Source: Candidatus Hydrogenedentota bacterium (GTDB lineage Bacteria > Hydrogenedentota > Hydrogenedentia > Hydrogenedentales > SLHB01). From it: a DNA stretch of 64,000 bases. The DNA lies in assembly GCA_963674865.2 (NCBI GenBank), contig CAXXYE010000008.1, forward strand, positions 64,001 to 128,000, in the 5' to 3' direction. Both the position numbers and the translations under genes were made by a program. Positions 1-10,182 of the stretch are shown here, one piece after another. The notes beneath the pieces were generated by a model, which worked only from the letters and a program-made list of their open reading frames with translations, had not been told where the DNA came from and searched no databases. Within the stretch, counting starts at the first letter, position 1, and every line of letters starts with the position of its first letter.

Positions 1-148
1 CGGCGCTCAGGTGCTGCCGCTGGCACGTGAATTCACCGACCTGCGCCTGCAACTCCGGCGGGGGCACGCAACCGCTCTTGCGCGCCAGTGCGATGAGGTC
101 GCCAGACGCGCCGTGAGCCTGCTTGCCGAGGTCCGTGCTGCTTGGTGA
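1..148 (+). CDS. 3' end of a CDS running in from the left edge (hypothetical protein)
   Basis: Frame 2 is open from the window edge to TGA at 146-148 (GAQVLPLAREFTDLRLQLRRGHATALARQCDEVARRAVSLLAEVRAAW*); helical, protein-like composition. Confidence 0.45.
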   Translation, partial: GAQVLPLAREFTDLRLQLRRGHATALARQCDEVARRAVSLLAEVRAAW

Positions 149-316
149 CCTGTCCTTGTCCGTTGAACCGCGCCGGACATTCGCGATGAGGCGGTGGTAT
201 TGCCGATCCGCCACGCGATTCCAATGGCTCGCCTTGGCTGCTCTCCGGTCCGTGCCCGAATGGCTTGGCGACACGCGTTTCAACGCCCGGCGTGGCCTGA
301 TGAAGGCGTTCGGCGG

Positions 317-346
317 TTGACAACATCGGCGGCGCTTTGGTAGCGT
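317..346 (+). promoter_or_regulatory. Putative sigma70 promoter for the aminotransferase-serA operon
   Basis: TTGACA (317-322), 18-nt spacer, TG-extended TAGCGT (341-346). Confidence 0.45.
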
Positions 347-436
347 TACGCCTTCCCCGGACGTACTTACTTGGCGCATTATTAGGTGGCCGTACAGGCA
401 AAATTGGGGACCTTGTCCTTTTTAGAGGTGGCTCAC

Positions 437-1576
437 ATGAAAAGAAAACAACGTCTTTTTACACCAGGTCCGACACCCGTTCCGCCGGAGGTGCTGCTGG
501 CGATGGCGGCACCGATGACGCATCACCGTCAAGCGGCGTTCGAAGAGATCTTCGTGCGGGTATCAGAGAAGCTCAAGACCGTCTTTCAGACCACGAGTCC
601 CGTGGTGATTTTCTCCGGTTCGGGAACAAGCGCTCTGGAAGCGGCCGTGGTCAACACACTCTCACCATGTGATAAAGCCATTTCGGTATGCGGAGGCAAA
701 TTCGGCGAGCGCTGGGGGGCGATTGGCAAGGCCTTCAACATCGACATGCAAGTGATCGACATCGAGTGGGGCACCGCTGTTGACCCGGCAAAGATTGAGG
801 AAGCTCTGAAAGCCGACGCCGGTATCAAGGCCGTGTTTACCACGCTCAATGAGACCAGTACTACGGTCTTGACCGACGTGAAGGCAATCGCCGAACTCAC
901 CGCGAAAACCGATGCGATTCTCGTGGTTGACGCTGTCAGCGCTCTTGCCGCCGACGAGCTGCGGATGGACGAGTGGGGCGTCGACCTCGTGGTTGCTGGC
1001 TCGCAGAAGGCCCTTATGCTGCCGCCCGGCTTGGCCTTCGCTGCGATAGGTCCGAAGGCCCAGGCTGCCATGAAGTCTTCCACCTCCGCCAAGTTCTATC
1101 TTTCTTTCGACAAGGCCATAAAGAGTCTGGACAAGAAGACCACGCCCTTTACCCCCGCGGTCTCGACGATTATTGGCCTCGACGCCGCCCTGGATGGGCT
1201 TATCGAGGAGGGCATGGAGGCTGTTTGGGCGCGACACGCGAAGCTGGCAGAAGCCGCCCGTGCCGGCGTCAAGGGCATGGGTATGGAGCTGTTGGCCACG
1301 CGGCCGTCAAATGCCGCGACCGCGGTGAAGTTGCCTGAGGGAGTCGACGGCAACGCGCTCCACAAGAAGCTGCGAGATGAGTACAAGGTCACGTGTGCGG
1401 GTGGCCAGGAACACCTCAAAGGCAAGATAGAGCGTATCGCTCATATGGGCTATTTTGACCAGTTTGACATGTTGATCGTTATCAGCGCGCTGGAGCTGGC
1501 CCTGAAAGATATGGGCGCGGATATCAAGGTGGGAGCGGGGGTTGCTGCGGTGCAGCAATACTTCGCGGGAGAGTAG
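437..1576 (+). CDS. Class V PLP-dependent aminotransferase (serine-pyruvate/alanine-glyoxylate type; probably acts as phosphoserine aminotransferase with serA)
   Basis: LFTPGPTPVP, NETST, VDAVS, GSQKAL (PLP lysine) and RIAHMG motifs; GAGGTG RBS before ATG 437; 3 nt upstream of serA. Confidence 0.88.
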   Translation: MKRKQRLFTPGPTPVPPEVLLAMAAPMTHHRQAAFEEIFVRVSEKLKTVFQTTSPVVIFSGSGTSALEAAVVNTLSPCDKAISVCGGKFGERWGAIGKAFNIDMQVIDIEWGTAVDPAKIEEALKADAGIKAVFTTLNETSTTVLTDVKAIAELTAKTDAILVVDAVSALAADELRMDEWGVDLVVAGSQKALMLPPGLAFAAIGPKAQAAMKSSTSAKFYLSFDKAIKSLDKKTTPFTPAVSTIIGLDAALDGLIEEGMEAVWARHAKLAEAARAGVKGMGMELLATRPSNAATAVKLPEGVDGNALHKKLRDEYKVTCAGGQEHLKGKIERIAHMGYFDQFDMLIVISALELALKDMGADIKVGAGVAAVQQYFAGE

Positions 1577-1579
1577 ACG

Positions 1580-3160
1580 ATGCCGAAGATCCTTGTTCTC
1601 GATGGATTGAGCGAAGAAGGTATTGACATTTTCCGGAGCACGGAGGGTTTTGAAGTAGACGTCAAGCCCCCTCAGAAGCCCGACGAACTCGCCGCGATCA
1701 TTGGTGATTACGAGGGCCTTGTCGTTCGAAGCGCCACCAAGGTTCAGGCAGCGGCCATCGAAAAGGCCACGAAACTGCGGGTGATCGGGCGCGCGGGCGT
1801 CGGTACGGACAATATCGACAAGGATGCCGCCACGAAGAAGGGCATCGTTGTGATGAACACGCCCGGCGGCAACACGATCTCCGCGTGTGAACACACCTTT
1901 GCCCTGCTGCTTTCCCTATGCCGAAATGTCCCGAAGGCTCACGTGTCCATGCGCGAAGGGCGCTGGGACCGCAAGAAGTTCATGGGCGCCGAGCTCTGCG
2001 GCAAGACGCTCGGCATCGTCGGCGCTGGACGGATTGGCAGTGCCGTTGCCAAGCGCGCGCAGGCCTTTGAAATGAAGGTTATCGTCTTCGATCCCATTCT
2101 CACCAAGCTGAAAGCCGAGGCGCTGGGCGTCGAACTCGTTACGATGGATGAACTTGTCGAGCGAAGCGACTTCATCACGGTGCATGTGCCGAAGAGTGAT
2201 AAGACGAAGGATATGTTTGGCGCGGAGCGCTTCAAACGTATGAAGCCCACGTGTCGGATCGTCAATACCGCACGCGGAGGCATCATCAATGAGGCCGAGC
2301 TGGCCGAAGCGCTCAAAGAGGGCGTTATTGCCGGCGCCGCGCTGGACGTTTACACTTCGGAGCCTTTTGAGAACAATCCGTTCACCGACCTCGATAACAT
2401 CGTCATGACCCCCCACTTGGCGGCCTCGACGGATGAGGCCCAGCTCACCGTTGCGGTTGATGTGGCCAAGCAGATGGTCGAGTACCTCACCACGGGCGCC
2501 ATCGTGAATGCCGTGAACGTCCCCAGCCTTGATGCCGAGGCTCGGAAGGCCCTTCAGCCGCTGTTGTATCTGGCGGAGCGTTTGGGGCGCTTCCAATCGT
2601 ATTACTGCCAAGGAACCCCGTCATCCATCGAGATAGAGTACAGTGGCGATATCGGTATCACCGATACCTATCCGGTTACGGCGGCCATTCTCAAAGGTTA
2701 TCTGTCTCCGTTGGTCGAGACCGTGAACGAAGTGAGCGCTCCGTCGCTCCTCGAGGAGCACGGCATCCAATGCAGCGAGACCCGGCGCGCGGGCGTTTCG
2801 GATTATGCCTTCCAGATTGGCGTAACTGTGGTAACGGACACAGAGAGTCACAAGGTGGCCGGAACGCTGTTTGCTCGGGAGGATCCTCGAATCTGCAGCA
2901 TCGACGGGATCCGCGTGGATGCCAAGCCCGAAGGCTACATGGTGGTTTGCGATAACGAGGATAAGCCGATGATTATCGGCCGTGTAGGTACGATCATCGG
3001 GGATGCCGGCGTGAACATCGCAAATCTGACATTGGGTCGGACAACGCAGGACGGCCGCGCTCTGACGGTGCTCAACCTCGACCAACCCATTGACGACAGT
3101 GTGATGGCGCAGATCGCCGAGGTGCCTCATGTCACCGAGGCCCGGTTGATCGCGCTGTAA
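1580..3160 (+). CDS. serA: D-3-phosphoglycerate dehydrogenase (long type with ASB and ACT domains)
   Basis: [25 protein letters not shown]-binding motif, [15 protein letters not shown]-terminal ACT (DKPMIIG...NIA); 526 aa. Confidence 0.95.
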   Translation: MPKILVLDGLSEEGIDIFRSTEGFEVDVKPPQKPDELAAIIGDYEGLVVRSATKVQAAAIEKATKLRVIGRAGVGTDNIDKDAATKKGIVVMNTPGGNTISACEHTFALLLSLCRNVPKAHVSMREGRWDRKKFMGAELCGKTLGIVGAGRIGSAVAKRAQAFEMKVIVFDPILTKLKAEALGVELVTMDELVERSDFITVHVPKSDKTKDMFGAERFKRMKPTCRIVNTARGGIINEAELAEALKEGVIAGAALDVYTSEPFENNPFTDLDNIVMTPHLAASTDEAQLTVAVDVAKQMVEYLTTGAIVNAVNVPSLDAEARKALQPLLYLAERLGRFQSYYCQGTPSSIEIEYSGDIGITDTYPVTAAILKGYLSPLVETVNEVSAPSLLEEHGIQCSETRRAGVSDYAFQIGVTVVTDTESHKVAGTLFAREDPRICSIDGIRVDAKPEGYMVVCDNEDKPMIIGRVGTIIGDAGVNIANLTLGRTTQDGRALTVLNLDQPIDDSVMAQIAEVPHVTEARLIAL

Positions 3161-3192
3161 TTGACAGGGCCGTCAACCGCTACGCGGCCGCC

Positions 3193-3918
3193 TCAAGTTG
3201 CCGAGAAGACATAGGCCACACGCACCCGGGCTGTGCAGATTATGCTCCGCAGGGTTGGCAACGGGTCTTTCTTGGGCAGCGGCGCGCCATTCCAGGTGAC
3301 GTCGAGGATGCGGACTCGATCCACCGCCACGACCTCCGCCCGCATCGACTGGGCCACGGCCTCGGCGGCCGGATAGGCGTTCGCCACCGCTGCCGCCAGC
3401 GCCTTACGCTCAATGGGTTCCGTATCCTCAAGGGCGAGAAAGGGCCCCGTCACCGAGCACTCAAGCGTTTTGGCGAGCCCTCGCATCTCCTCGCACAAGC
3501 CCACGAATAGGGAAGGGCCGTTCTCTGCCCTGTGGAAACGCCCCATTCCGAAACGAAGACGGGCCTCCACGCTTGCTGCGTTTTGGCCAACATCGGGAAT
3601 GCTCACCCCCGGTACCGCCATTTGACTTGGCGCTAGTTCCCGCGCCTCAAGCTCCTTGTTGAGTCTCGTTTCGAAGGCGGCCGCGGTTTCCACGGCCTCT
3701 CGCAGTGTCCCGCCGGAAGGCCTCAGGCAAAACCTGAACTCCACACAATCCGGGACGCAATCGGCTTCTCCAATACCCTCCGACTCGATCAGGGGAGTGG
3801 GCGCTGCTTGCCCTGAAACGGCACGCTGGCCCTCGTACCGCACTTCCACGGGCGGTTGTTGCGCCACTGTATGAGAGGCCACCAGAAGAGCAATAGCCGC
3901 GAAGAGTGCCTGTCGCAT
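3193..3918 (-). CDS. Secreted SIMPL/DUF541-like protein
   Basis: Signal peptide; EGIGEADCVPD N-terminal motif, 'ALAAAVANAYPAAEAVA' helix and C-terminal 'TARVRVAYVF' strand fit the SIMPL layout. Confidence 0.6.
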   Translation of the reverse strand: MRQALFAAIALLVASHTVAQQPPVEVRYEGQRAVSGQAAPTPLIESEGIGEADCVPDCVEFRFCLRPSGGTLREAVETAAAFETRLNKELEARELAPSQMAVPGVSIPDVGQNAASVEARLRFGMGRFHRAENGPSLFVGLCEEMRGLAKTLECSVTGPFLALEDTEPIERKALAAAVANAYPAAEAVAQSMRAEVVAVDRVRILDVTWNGAPLPKKDPLPTLRSIICTARVRVAYVFSAT

Positions 3919-3957
3919 GATCTTCTCCCTTCCGGACTCGGCAACCGGATGTGCGGG

Positions 3958-4767
3958 CTACGAGAAGAACGGAAAGAGTGCCCGGATGTCCTCTTCCGCG
4001 GGCTGACGGCCGTACTCGGAGATTTCGAAGATCTCAGCGTGGGTAACGGCCTCGGTAGCTTCCGTCCCATACCACTTGCTCAACGCGGTTTGCCCCATAT
4101 TGGTCATCTCCAAGAAGAATGGGCCCCAGGCCTTCCTGAGCCACTCTCTGCGGAGCGCCTTGTCGTTAGGTACTTCGGCGAGACATCCATCGAGCCAGGG
4201 GAGCCACTCATAGAACTGCGACTCCATGGCGTCCAGCATATCCCACTTGATCGGCATCTCATCAGTTACGTCTACAGCGAGGTCCGGCCGGAACGGGAGG
4301 GGTCTCGTGAACGTGTCCGGCAAGTGCAATACGATGGGCATCCGTTCGATGCGTGGTATGTCGGGGCAGAAACCTGGGACTGTCAAGAGGAAAGCGGCAT
4401 CCTGTACCGTAACCGCCGTGTAGCGGTGGTCCGGGTGGTAGTCGCAAGAGCGATGGGTCAGCACCGCGTCGGCCCTGTATTCGCGTATGATCCGCGTTAC
4501 CTTCTTCCGCGCGGCGAGTGTAGGTTCCAGCTCGCCGTCGTGGTAATCCAGCACCAGTGCCTCAACACCTGCCAACTCAGCCGAATGCCGTGCCTCCGCG
4601 TCTCGGCGTTGCGCCAGCGCATCCCGCGCCATGACATGATGGCCGATGTCCCCGTTCGTCATGGAAACGAAGAGCACGCGATGGCCTTCGCGCACCCATT
4701 TCACCGCCGTGCCCCCCGCAAAGACCTCGCAATCGTCTGGATGTGCCCCTATACAGACGATATTCAC
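3958..4767 (-). CDS. PIG-L/LmbE family deacetylase
   Basis: AHPDDCE and HPDH zinc motifs, MTNGD, R..EA; GTG start overlaps the upstream stop (GTGA). Confidence 0.92.
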   Translation of the reverse strand: MNIVCIGAHPDDCEVFAGGTAVKWVREGHRVLFVSMTNGDIGHHVMARDALAQRRDAEARHSAELAGVEALVLDYHDGELEPTLAARKKVTRIIREYRADAVLTHRSCDYHPDHRYTAVTVQDAAFLLTVPGFCPDIPRIERMPIVLHLPDTFTRPLPFRPDLAVDVTDEMPIKWDMLDAMESQFYEWLPWLDGCLAEVPNDKALRREWLRKAWGPFFLEMTNMGQTALSKWYGTEATEAVTHAEIFEISEYGRQPAEEDIRALFPFFS

Positions 4768-5390
4768 GGCGCCTCTTGGCCGCCGACGAAGTTGATCCGC
4801 ACCGGATTGCTGCGGATAACGGTGCGCCGTTCGACACTCGCTGTTGCCGTGAGGGGATCCACCGACGCCTCATCGGTGCCTTGCGGCATCAGAACGGCTT
4901 CCGCCTCAACATGGACAAGCATGGACTCCGGAATTGTATCAAGACCGGCGAGAACGTCCACGACATCCTCGCGTTCCTCGAAGGTCGCGCGGACTCCGAA
5001 TTTCGTTGCGTATGAACCGATCTCCCGCTTGTCCACAAGCACCTTAGCCCGGACCACTACCGGTGTGACCGGGAAGTCCCGGAGAGCTCGCGTCGTGAAG
5101 ACAACGTTCAACTCCGTTGGATAGGGCGGGTTGACCGTGACCGTGGCCATATCAATGACAGGGCCGTGCTCGTAAACCTGGACCTGAACGTTGTCGGCCT
5201 CGGATTGCGGCGCGAGCGTGCCCAAGATTCTCACCTGGGCCTCGACATCGCCGATGTTAACCTCATGCTCTGCTCCCGATGTCGCCGGAGGTAGTCCTAT
5301 GGCACTGCCCTCGTCTGGCTCGCGAGACTCATGTGCGTTGCACGCGACTAGACCACTTATCAGGAGGAATACAACTAGCATCGGCTTCAT
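4764..5390 (-). CDS. Hypothetical lipoprotein
   Basis: Signal peptide with lipobox LVAC; beta-rich body; coupled to the PIG-L gene. Confidence 0.7.
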   Translation of the reverse strand: MKPMLVVFLLISGLVACNAHESREPDEGSAIGLPPATSGAEHEVNIGDVEAQVRILGTLAPQSEADNVQVQVYEHGPVIDMATVTVNPPYPTELNVVFTTRALRDFPVTPVVVRAKVLVDKREIGSYATKFGVRATFEEREDVVDVLAGLDTIPESMLVHVEAEAVLMPQGTDEASVDPLTATASVERRTVIRSNPVRINFVGGQEAP

Positions 5391-5631
5391 GTCGGCTACC
5401 TTCCTTGCTGCTCTGGATCCTCGAGATCTTCTCAGGCCGCAACCACTCTCACCATGATATCAACCCCACGCTCTGTCATCAAAGAGCGTGTCAAGACCCA
5501 CAATGCGCCAATACCTAGGCGGCTCCACCGCTATCGCGTACGTGGCAGAGGAGGACTGAGTCTAAACGAAAAGGAATCAAGGACATAGAGGAGGAGTTCA
5601 AGGTCCCGGTGAAATGCATCCGTTTACCGCG

Positions 5632-5955
5632 TCACTTGCCGAGCGTCGAGTATACGAGTTCGTACAGATGCCACTCGGGCTGGGCCACGGACAGCAGTCG
5701 CCGCATCTCGTTCACGACTTCCGGCCGACGGAACGCGGCCTCGAATAGTCCGCGGCCCTTCCACTGGCTCTGTACGGTCACGCGCCGCCCGTCGAGGCTC
5801 CTGTACACGGCCGCCGCTACGAAGCCGTCCTGCTTGTTCATGACACGTTGGCACAGTTGCTCGATGCCCTTGACGACTTCGGCCTGCTGCCGGGATTCGA
5901 GTCTGAAGACGTTGATGACGGTGACGGGACCTTTGCCGCTCGATTCGTGGTCCAT
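5632..5955 (-). CDS. Antibiotic biosynthesis monooxygenase (ABM) family protein
   Basis: VTVINVF...QDGFVAAAVYRSLDG.RV...QW pattern; GAGGAGG RBS before ATG 5955; 107 aa. Confidence 0.85.
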   Translation of the reverse strand: MDHESSGKGPVTVINVFRLESRQQAEVVKGIEQLCQRVMNKQDGFVAAAVYRSLDGRRVTVQSQWKGRGLFEAAFRRPEVVNEMRRLLSVAQPEWHLYELVYSTLGK

Positions 5956-6024
5956 GATGATTCCTCCTCGATCTCCGATTCTACTCCTTCGGAGAAGGGA
6001 TGACCAACCGGGAAGGGAATCCCC

Positions 6025-6063
6025 GGTGGCTGGCTGGCCAATTGCGCCGCGCGTCAAGTCATT
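6025..6063 (-). repeat. Dispersed 39-bp element, copy 1 (partner at 30155-30193)
   Basis: Reverse complement AATGACTTGACGCGCGGCGCAATTGGCCAGCCAGCCACC matches 30155-30193 at 36/39, with the first 27 nt identical. Confidence 0.8.
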
Positions 6064-6280
6064 AGAAGAAAAGGCGTTCGCAAGATGAGCGGCTTCACCT
6101 ACTGGGTGAGCTGGTTTCAAGAGGAGAAGTCGATCAGAGGCGCCAAGTGCGCGGCACTGTCGAATTAGTCGGCGATTGCGGGGAATCCAATAACGCCGGG
6201 CGTTTGGCCCCCGCAAATGGTTTATGGTCACCCTTGACCGTGAGTTCTTGACAGGCCAGCTGGCGACCATGTCCAAGTCC

Positions 6281-6310
6281 TTGACAGAGCCCTCTCACTC
6301 GCCCCATGCT
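6281..6310 (+). promoter_or_regulatory. Putative sigma70 promoter
   Basis: TTGACA, 18-nt spacer, CATGCT, upstream of the gene at 6362. Confidence 0.35.
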
Positions 6311-6361
6311 TGCGTACGTGTATTCGTGTGCCGCCCGCGGCAAGAGAGGGGGGAGCACGCA

Positions 6362-6883
6362 ATGAATCGTGTGATCTGGCCTGCATTGCGAGGCGCCGTG
6401 GGTTTTGGCCTGTCCACGTTGGGCCTTGTGGGGCTGCTGCGGGGCATGAACCTGCTCGACGCCTCGGCCGGGGGCCGGGTGTCCGGGATGATCTTCTTCG
6501 TCTTGGGGCCCTTCGCCTGCGGCGTCATAGGAGGAGCCTTGCTCGCCGCAGGCAGCGACACCCCGCGAACGGCAGCGGGTTTCGGCTGCGGCTTTGTCCC
6601 GTTGTGGTTCGTCATCGTCGTGGTGTTGACCAGCCTTCAGGGCGGGGGCGCCCCTGAGTACGGCTACGGGGCCATCGGCCACGGCATCGCCTTCGCTATC
6701 GCGGGTGGGCTCGGAGGACTCGCTACGAGACGCGGGCTCGGCCTGAGCGGTGCGCTAGTCTTCGGTCTTGCCGGCGCGCTCGGCGGGTATCTGTCGTTCA
6801 AGGGCAACATGCTTCTCGGCATGGGTGCGGCGGGAACACTGGGAGGGGCGGCACTGGGCATTCTTTACGGCCTGACGGACTAA
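6362..6883 (+). CDS. Glycine-rich integral membrane protein
   Basis: About six hydrophobic Gly-zipper-like segments; purine-rich RBS before ATG 6362. Confidence 0.7.
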   Translation: MNRVIWPALRGAVGFGLSTLGLVGLLRGMNLLDASAGGRVSGMIFFVLGPFACGVIGGALLAAGSDTPRTAAGFGCGFVPLWFVIVVVLTSLQGGGAPEYGYGAIGHGIAFAIAGGLGGLATRRGLGLSGALVFGLAGALGGYLSFKGNMLLGMGAAGTLGGAALGILYGLTD

Positions 6884-6951
6884 GGCACACGGCCTTGTCC
6901 AGTCGTTTCCCGCATTCAAAGGGCTTCGAGCAGGCCCCGGCACGGCTTGCC

Positions 6952-7833
6952 TCACGATTCCTCCAACTCGACATAGAGTGTGCGGAGACTGGCCAAGTTC
7001 ACAGGACAAACAGAGTCGATATTCCTCAGCGTCTGCAGTTGCCGCACAACCATTTTCAAGGTGACGGACTGCGGGCATTGCTCGTCCGCGTAGTCGAAGT
7101 AGTTGTGTGTAAAGAAGCATAGGACTCGGAACGGCGTCCTCTCGGCCTCCATCCTTTCAAGGCTTTCCTCGACGATTGGCAGATGATGCGTCTCATAAGA
7201 GCCTGACTCGATCCGGAGTTCGGGCACCCACCCTTCAGGTGTGACGCGCCGTGGGGAAGTGGTGAGAGGCACTTCGAGGAAGCCGGAAAGGCCGGGCGAG
7301 AGCCGCTCGGTGGGATGCGCCCAATGAGCATCCTGGCAGGCGCCGCGCCAACGCGCATGAAAACGCGGGATGTCTCTGCCCGGGCAGGATACGGAGCCCT
7401 GCGAGAATCCCAACTCCGCAAGGACCCCGAAGGTGGCGTCGCTTGCCGAGAAGTTGCCCGGCCGAAAAGAGGTGGGCCGATCGCCTAGCGCGTCCGCTAT
7501 CATGGCCAGCCCCTCTTGAAGCACCTTGGCCTGTGTCTCCGCCGCGTATTCCCCAACGTAGCGCGTGTATTGATGCTTCCCGAAGTACTGGGAGTGCATG
7601 TGCATACCAAGGTCGACTCCCTCCGCTGCAAGATCCCGCAGGAGTCTGCGGTGTCGCTGTGCGGCTTCAGGCATCAGGAATAGTGTGGGCGTGATGCCAT
7701 CCGCGAGCAAAGTCTCGCAGAAGCCCGTGATGGCCCGTTCGCTCAAGGCCCAAGATTCCGGCCCATCTTCGGGGACGAGCGTGGCGATGCGCTCGCAATC
7801 CATCGTGAAAACGACGTACAGCGGCGAAGTCAT
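6952..7833 (-). CDS. Polysaccharide deacetylase family (NodB-like) protein
   Basis: FTMDCE, TLFL, GMHMH, SFRPGNF and FFTHN motifs; start at ATG 7833 after GGAGG (the ORF extends to 7890). Confidence 0.8.
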   Translation of the reverse strand: MTSPLYVVFTMDCERIATLVPEDGPESWALSERAITGFCETLLADGITPTLFLMPEAAQRHRRLLRDLAAEGVDLGMHMHSQYFGKHQYTRYVGEYAAETQAKVLQEGLAMIADALGDRPTSFRPGNFSASDATFGVLAELGFSQGSVSCPGRDIPRFHARWRGACQDAHWAHPTERLSPGLSGFLEVPLTTSPRRVTPEGWVPELRIESGSYETHHLPIVEESLERMEAERTPFRVLCFFTHNYFDYADEQCPQSVTLKMVVRQLQTLRNIDSVCPVNLASLRTLYVELEES

Positions 7834-8016
7834 ATCATCCTCCCTACCACCCATTGCGTCGAAGTATAGCTCTTCCGTCTCTCCATGCACCTCTCAAGAT
7901 CCCCGCCCGCATGATTTGACGGCGGATCGCCCTGCTTGTACTCTGACAAGACTTTGCAGAAGCCGCCCGTGGGCGCGTTTATACCGAAGCCCCTGAACCA
8001 AGAGGATGTGCGCAAA

Positions 8017-9534
8017 ATGGATCGCAGTCTCGTTGATGAAGCACGCCGTGTGGCCACCATGATCGGTAGCCGTCTCGTGATGAAGATACCCGCCATGCTG
8101 GCCGCCGGGGAGGAGTTCTCCGCAAGATTTAGTGTCATAGGCCCCGACGGGTTGCCGCTCGACAGCTTCCCGTTTCCCCTTGTTTTCGAGGAAAGTCTGG
8201 GCGTTGAGGGACTTCCGGAGTCCTTTCAGTTCCCGAAGGGAGCGTATGCCGCTGAGGTAGACGGCCTCCGAGCGATTGGCCCGGAAGTGGCCCTGATCCG
8301 CGCGCGGCTGGAAGAAACCGGCAAGCTTGCCGGTGACCCTGTGGTTGTCTCAAACCCGGCGTGGGTGGAGGAAGCGCCGCCGTATCGCCTCTTCTGGGGC
8401 GATATCCACGTGCATACGCGGTACTCCAACTGCAGCGGCTGGCGGTGTCTGCATCCCGAGTGGTGCTACGAGTACGCCCGAGATATTTCACTTCTGGACT
8501 TCGCTGCTCCCGCCGACCACCTGCGCGGAATTGCCGCCGAGGCCGAACGCTGGCCGACACTCCAGAAGCTTGCTGCCTCCTACAACCAGCCGGGCCGGTT
8601 TGTCACTTTCCTTGCCTTCGAGAGTTCCCATGCTCAGGGATACGGCGGCGACAACAATGTCTACTACTTGGGCGATGACGCACCCCACTTCTGGGTCGAC
8701 CGGGAAGACATGCGAGGGATTTCCCCGGCGGTCCATCTCAGAGAATTGTGGGCGCAACTGGACCGGAATGGAAAAGAGTACATGACAATCCCGCATCATA
8801 CGGGAAGGGCGCGCAAGTACCGGACCTGGGAGGAAGACTACTACGACGCTGAGCGCGAGCCCCTCTTCGAGATCTACTCCAGTTGGGGCTCTTCAGAGAA
8901 GCGGTGGTCCCGTTTGCCGATCAGCGGCGGCAATAATGACGAGAAGACCTATTTCGTCGACGCGCTGAAGGCCGGGACGCGGTTCGGTGTGATCGCGTCA
9001 AGCGACGACCACGCTACGCTGCCCGGAAGCGTCCACCATTTCCGCGTGGATCCTTTCTCACAACCCACGCTGAACGGACACGCGCATAAGGGGCTGGCGG
9101 CCGTGCGCGCGCCCGAACTCTCGCGCGAGGCCTTGTTTGGCTCCATGACGAGGCGCAACACGTATGCTACGACCCACAGCCGCTCCCTTCTGGACGTCAC
9201 CATCGGGGATGCCTCCATGGGGCAGGAGCTATCCGCGGATGCAGCGCTGAAGAAGCGGCGCATGATTCAGATCAAGTACACACCGGAGAATGCGCGCGGC
9301 GCTGCCGTCACCCTCATGCGCAATGGCGAGCCCGTCGAAACCATAGAGCTGAAGGCTCAAGACCTCCCCCGCAAGGTGAACGAGGTCGTGTTCGAAGATG
9401 CCGAAGACCTGGAGCGTATCGCCTTGCGCGACACCAAGTTCCACCCCGAGCCCTTCGCTGTCTACTACGTGCGCGTCGAGGACAGCCAAGGCGCGCACCA
9501 GTGGTCAAGTCCCATATGGATTGACCTGGAGTAA
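8017..9534 (+). CDS. DUF3604/PHP-like metallo-hydrolase
   Basis: FWGDIHVHT, LDFAAPADH, IPHH, EIYSSWG, ASSDDH, GLAAV, YATT and YYVRV...WSSPIWI motifs; start after AGAGGA. Confidence 0.8.
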   Translation: MDRSLVDEARRVATMIGSRLVMKIPAMLAAGEEFSARFSVIGPDGLPLDSFPFPLVFEESLGVEGLPESFQFPKGAYAAEVDGLRAIGPEVALIRARLEETGKLAGDPVVVSNPAWVEEAPPYRLFWGDIHVHTRYSNCSGWRCLHPEWCYEYARDISLLDFAAPADHLRGIAAEAERWPTLQKLAASYNQPGRFVTFLAFESSHAQGYGGDNNVYYLGDDAPHFWVDREDMRGISPAVHLRELWAQLDRNGKEYMTIPHHTGRARKYRTWEEDYYDAEREPLFEIYSSWGSSEKRWSRLPISGGNNDEKTYFVDALKAGTRFGVIASSDDHATLPGSVHHFRVDPFSQPTLNGHAHKGLAAVRAPELSREALFGSMTRRNTYATTHSRSLLDVTIGDASMGQELSADAALKKRRMIQIKYTPENARGAAVTLMRNGEPVETIELKAQDLPRKVNEVVFEDAEDLERIALRDTKFHPEPFAVYYVRVEDSQGAHQWSSPIWIDLE

Positions 9535-9557
9535 AACCGCCACACGGCTGGTGGTTT
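9534..9557 (+). terminator. Possible terminator hairpin
   Basis: AAACCGCCA / TGGTGGTTT stem directly after the stop codon; weak U-tract. Confidence 0.35.
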
Positions 9558-9665
9558 GAGTGCATCTTTCGGCCATCGCTCCCGTCACGTGCCGACGCGA
9601 TGTCGCATTTTGGGGGAGTGGGGGCTCTTGTATGCAAGGGCTTGATTCAGGAGCAAGCAAGGAAG

Positions 9666-10172
9666 ATGCTGTCGGACGGGAAATTAGTGGAATCCACATG
9701 TGCGGGCAACCGTGATGCTTACGGCGAACTCGTGAAACGCTATGAGCGTGCTGTATACGCCGTGGCTCTTGAGGTCTTGAACGATTTCCACGCCGCCCAG
9801 GATGTGGCTCAGGACGCTTTTCTGGTTGCCTATGAAAAGCTCGGGACGCTGCGAAAGCCGGCAGCCTTCGGGGCGTGGCTTCTACGCATCGCCCGCCGCC
9901 TTGCCTTGAGGTCCGCACGTAGGCATTCAACGCTTCCGCCTCATGGACTGCCCCCTGAGACAAGCGCCAATCCCAACCATCAATTGGACGATCCGTCCCG
10001 CGCCCTGTTGGATGCTGTGATGCGTCTGCCGCTTCATGAGCGTCAAGTCATTATGCTGCATTACTTTGAGTCGCGCTCAGTGCGTGCAGTCGCCGAGATC
10101 GTTGGGCGCCCCGTTGGCACCGTCACCAAGCAACTGTCCCGCGCCAGAAACCGTTTGGCGCGCATGCTATGA
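9666..10172 (+). CDS. ECF (sigma-70 family) RNA polymerase sigma factor
   Basis: DAYGELV.RY, AQDVAQDAFL, FGAWLLRIA (region 2); LP..ERQVIMLHY...EIV...GTV..QLSRAR (region 4). Confidence 0.93.
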   Translation: MLSDGKLVESTCAGNRDAYGELVKRYERAVYAVALEVLNDFHAAQDVAQDAFLVAYEKLGTLRKPAAFGAWLLRIARRLALRSARRHSTLPPHGLPPETSANPNHQLDDPSRALLDAVMRLPLHERQVIMLHYFESRSVRAVAEIVGRPVGTVTKQLSRARNRLARML

Positions 10173-10182
10173 GGAACGAGTG

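Noticed and set aside
3856..5124. 422-aa plus-strand ORF
   Set aside because: Antisense to the well-supported PIG-L and lipoprotein genes; Arg/Pro-rich non-coding composition.
5467..5490. CACGCTCT-N8-AGAGCGTG inverted repeat as an operator
   Set aside because: The palindrome is real and overlaps a minus-strand TTGACA, but there is no matching -10 and no nearby regulator.
6233..6286. Three CTTGAC copies as a repeat array or iterons
   Set aside because: Irregular spacing and only 6-7 bp long; best explained as -35-like boxes.
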